A stretch of DNA of 64,000 nt. Source: Candidatus Thalassarchaeum betae (GTDB lineage: Archaea > Thermoplasmatota > Poseidoniia > Poseidoniales > Thalassarchaeaceae). Position numbers and translations under genes: made by a program. Shown here piece by piece: positions 63,919 to 64,000 of this stretch. A model generated the notes under the pieces. That model ran no database searches, had not been told where the DNA came from, and saw only the letters and a program-made list of their open reading frames with translations. The stretch lies in assembly GCA_003193925.1 (NCBI GenBank), contig PSPG01000005.1, forward strand, positions 17,840 to 81,839. The letters are read 5' to 3'. Every line of letters begins with the position of its first letter. The stretch's first letter is position 1.

Positions 63919-64000
63919 TCACTTCCAAAGGTCGACGCCGATCGCCGACTTTATGGACTCTCGGAGGGTGTTGTCCTCCTCGGTCCCGATGCCCAGAACT
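63919..64000 (-). CDS. atpF: A/V-type ATP synthase subunit F, 3' end only
   Basis: Manual translation ...VLGIGTEEDNTLRESIKSAIGVDLWK*, directly upstream of atpA. Confidence 0.85.
   Translation of the reverse strand, partial: VLGIGTEEDNTLRESIKSAIGVDLWK

Overview
GC-rich (roughly 60-65% by eye) archaeal chromosomal segment. It is most consistent with Marine Group II Euryarchaeota (Ca. Poseidoniales); this is an inference from gene content: bacterial-type gyrase, class II HMG-CoA reductase, Orc1/Cdc6, aIF2-gamma, eS6, uL16, A-type ATP synthase, and large membrane-anchored extracellular proteases and TSP3-repeat proteins. The window is gene-dense and mostly housekeeping: ccmAB/C/D-like, nifU and sufCBD, gyrBA, tRNA-Ser(GCT), aroD/aroA, dph2, cdc6, smc-scpA-scpB, panE and atpFABD. 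No CRISPR array, transposase, integrase or intein was seen. The main signals worth a second look are: (1) an AT-rich intergenic region with about 8 copies of a TTAACGC-like motif, partly helically phased, directly upstream of a degenerate AAA+/winged-helix gene and lying between cdc6 and smc-scpAB (candidate oriC or chromosome-organisation site); (2) aIF2-gamma apparently starting at a CUG codon and lacking its zinc knuckle; (3) a Csl4-Zn ribbon-RRM fusion; (4) a membrane-embedded Smr domain protein; (5) a site-2-protease homologue with its catalytic motifs erased; (6) a fused CcmA-CcmB plus an unannotated CcmD-like ORF; (7) a DtxR-type palindrome between nifU and sufCBD; and (8) recurrent stem-loops abutting start codons (gyrB, cdc6, S8 protease, aroA). 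All assignments come from motifs read by eye; no database searches were run.
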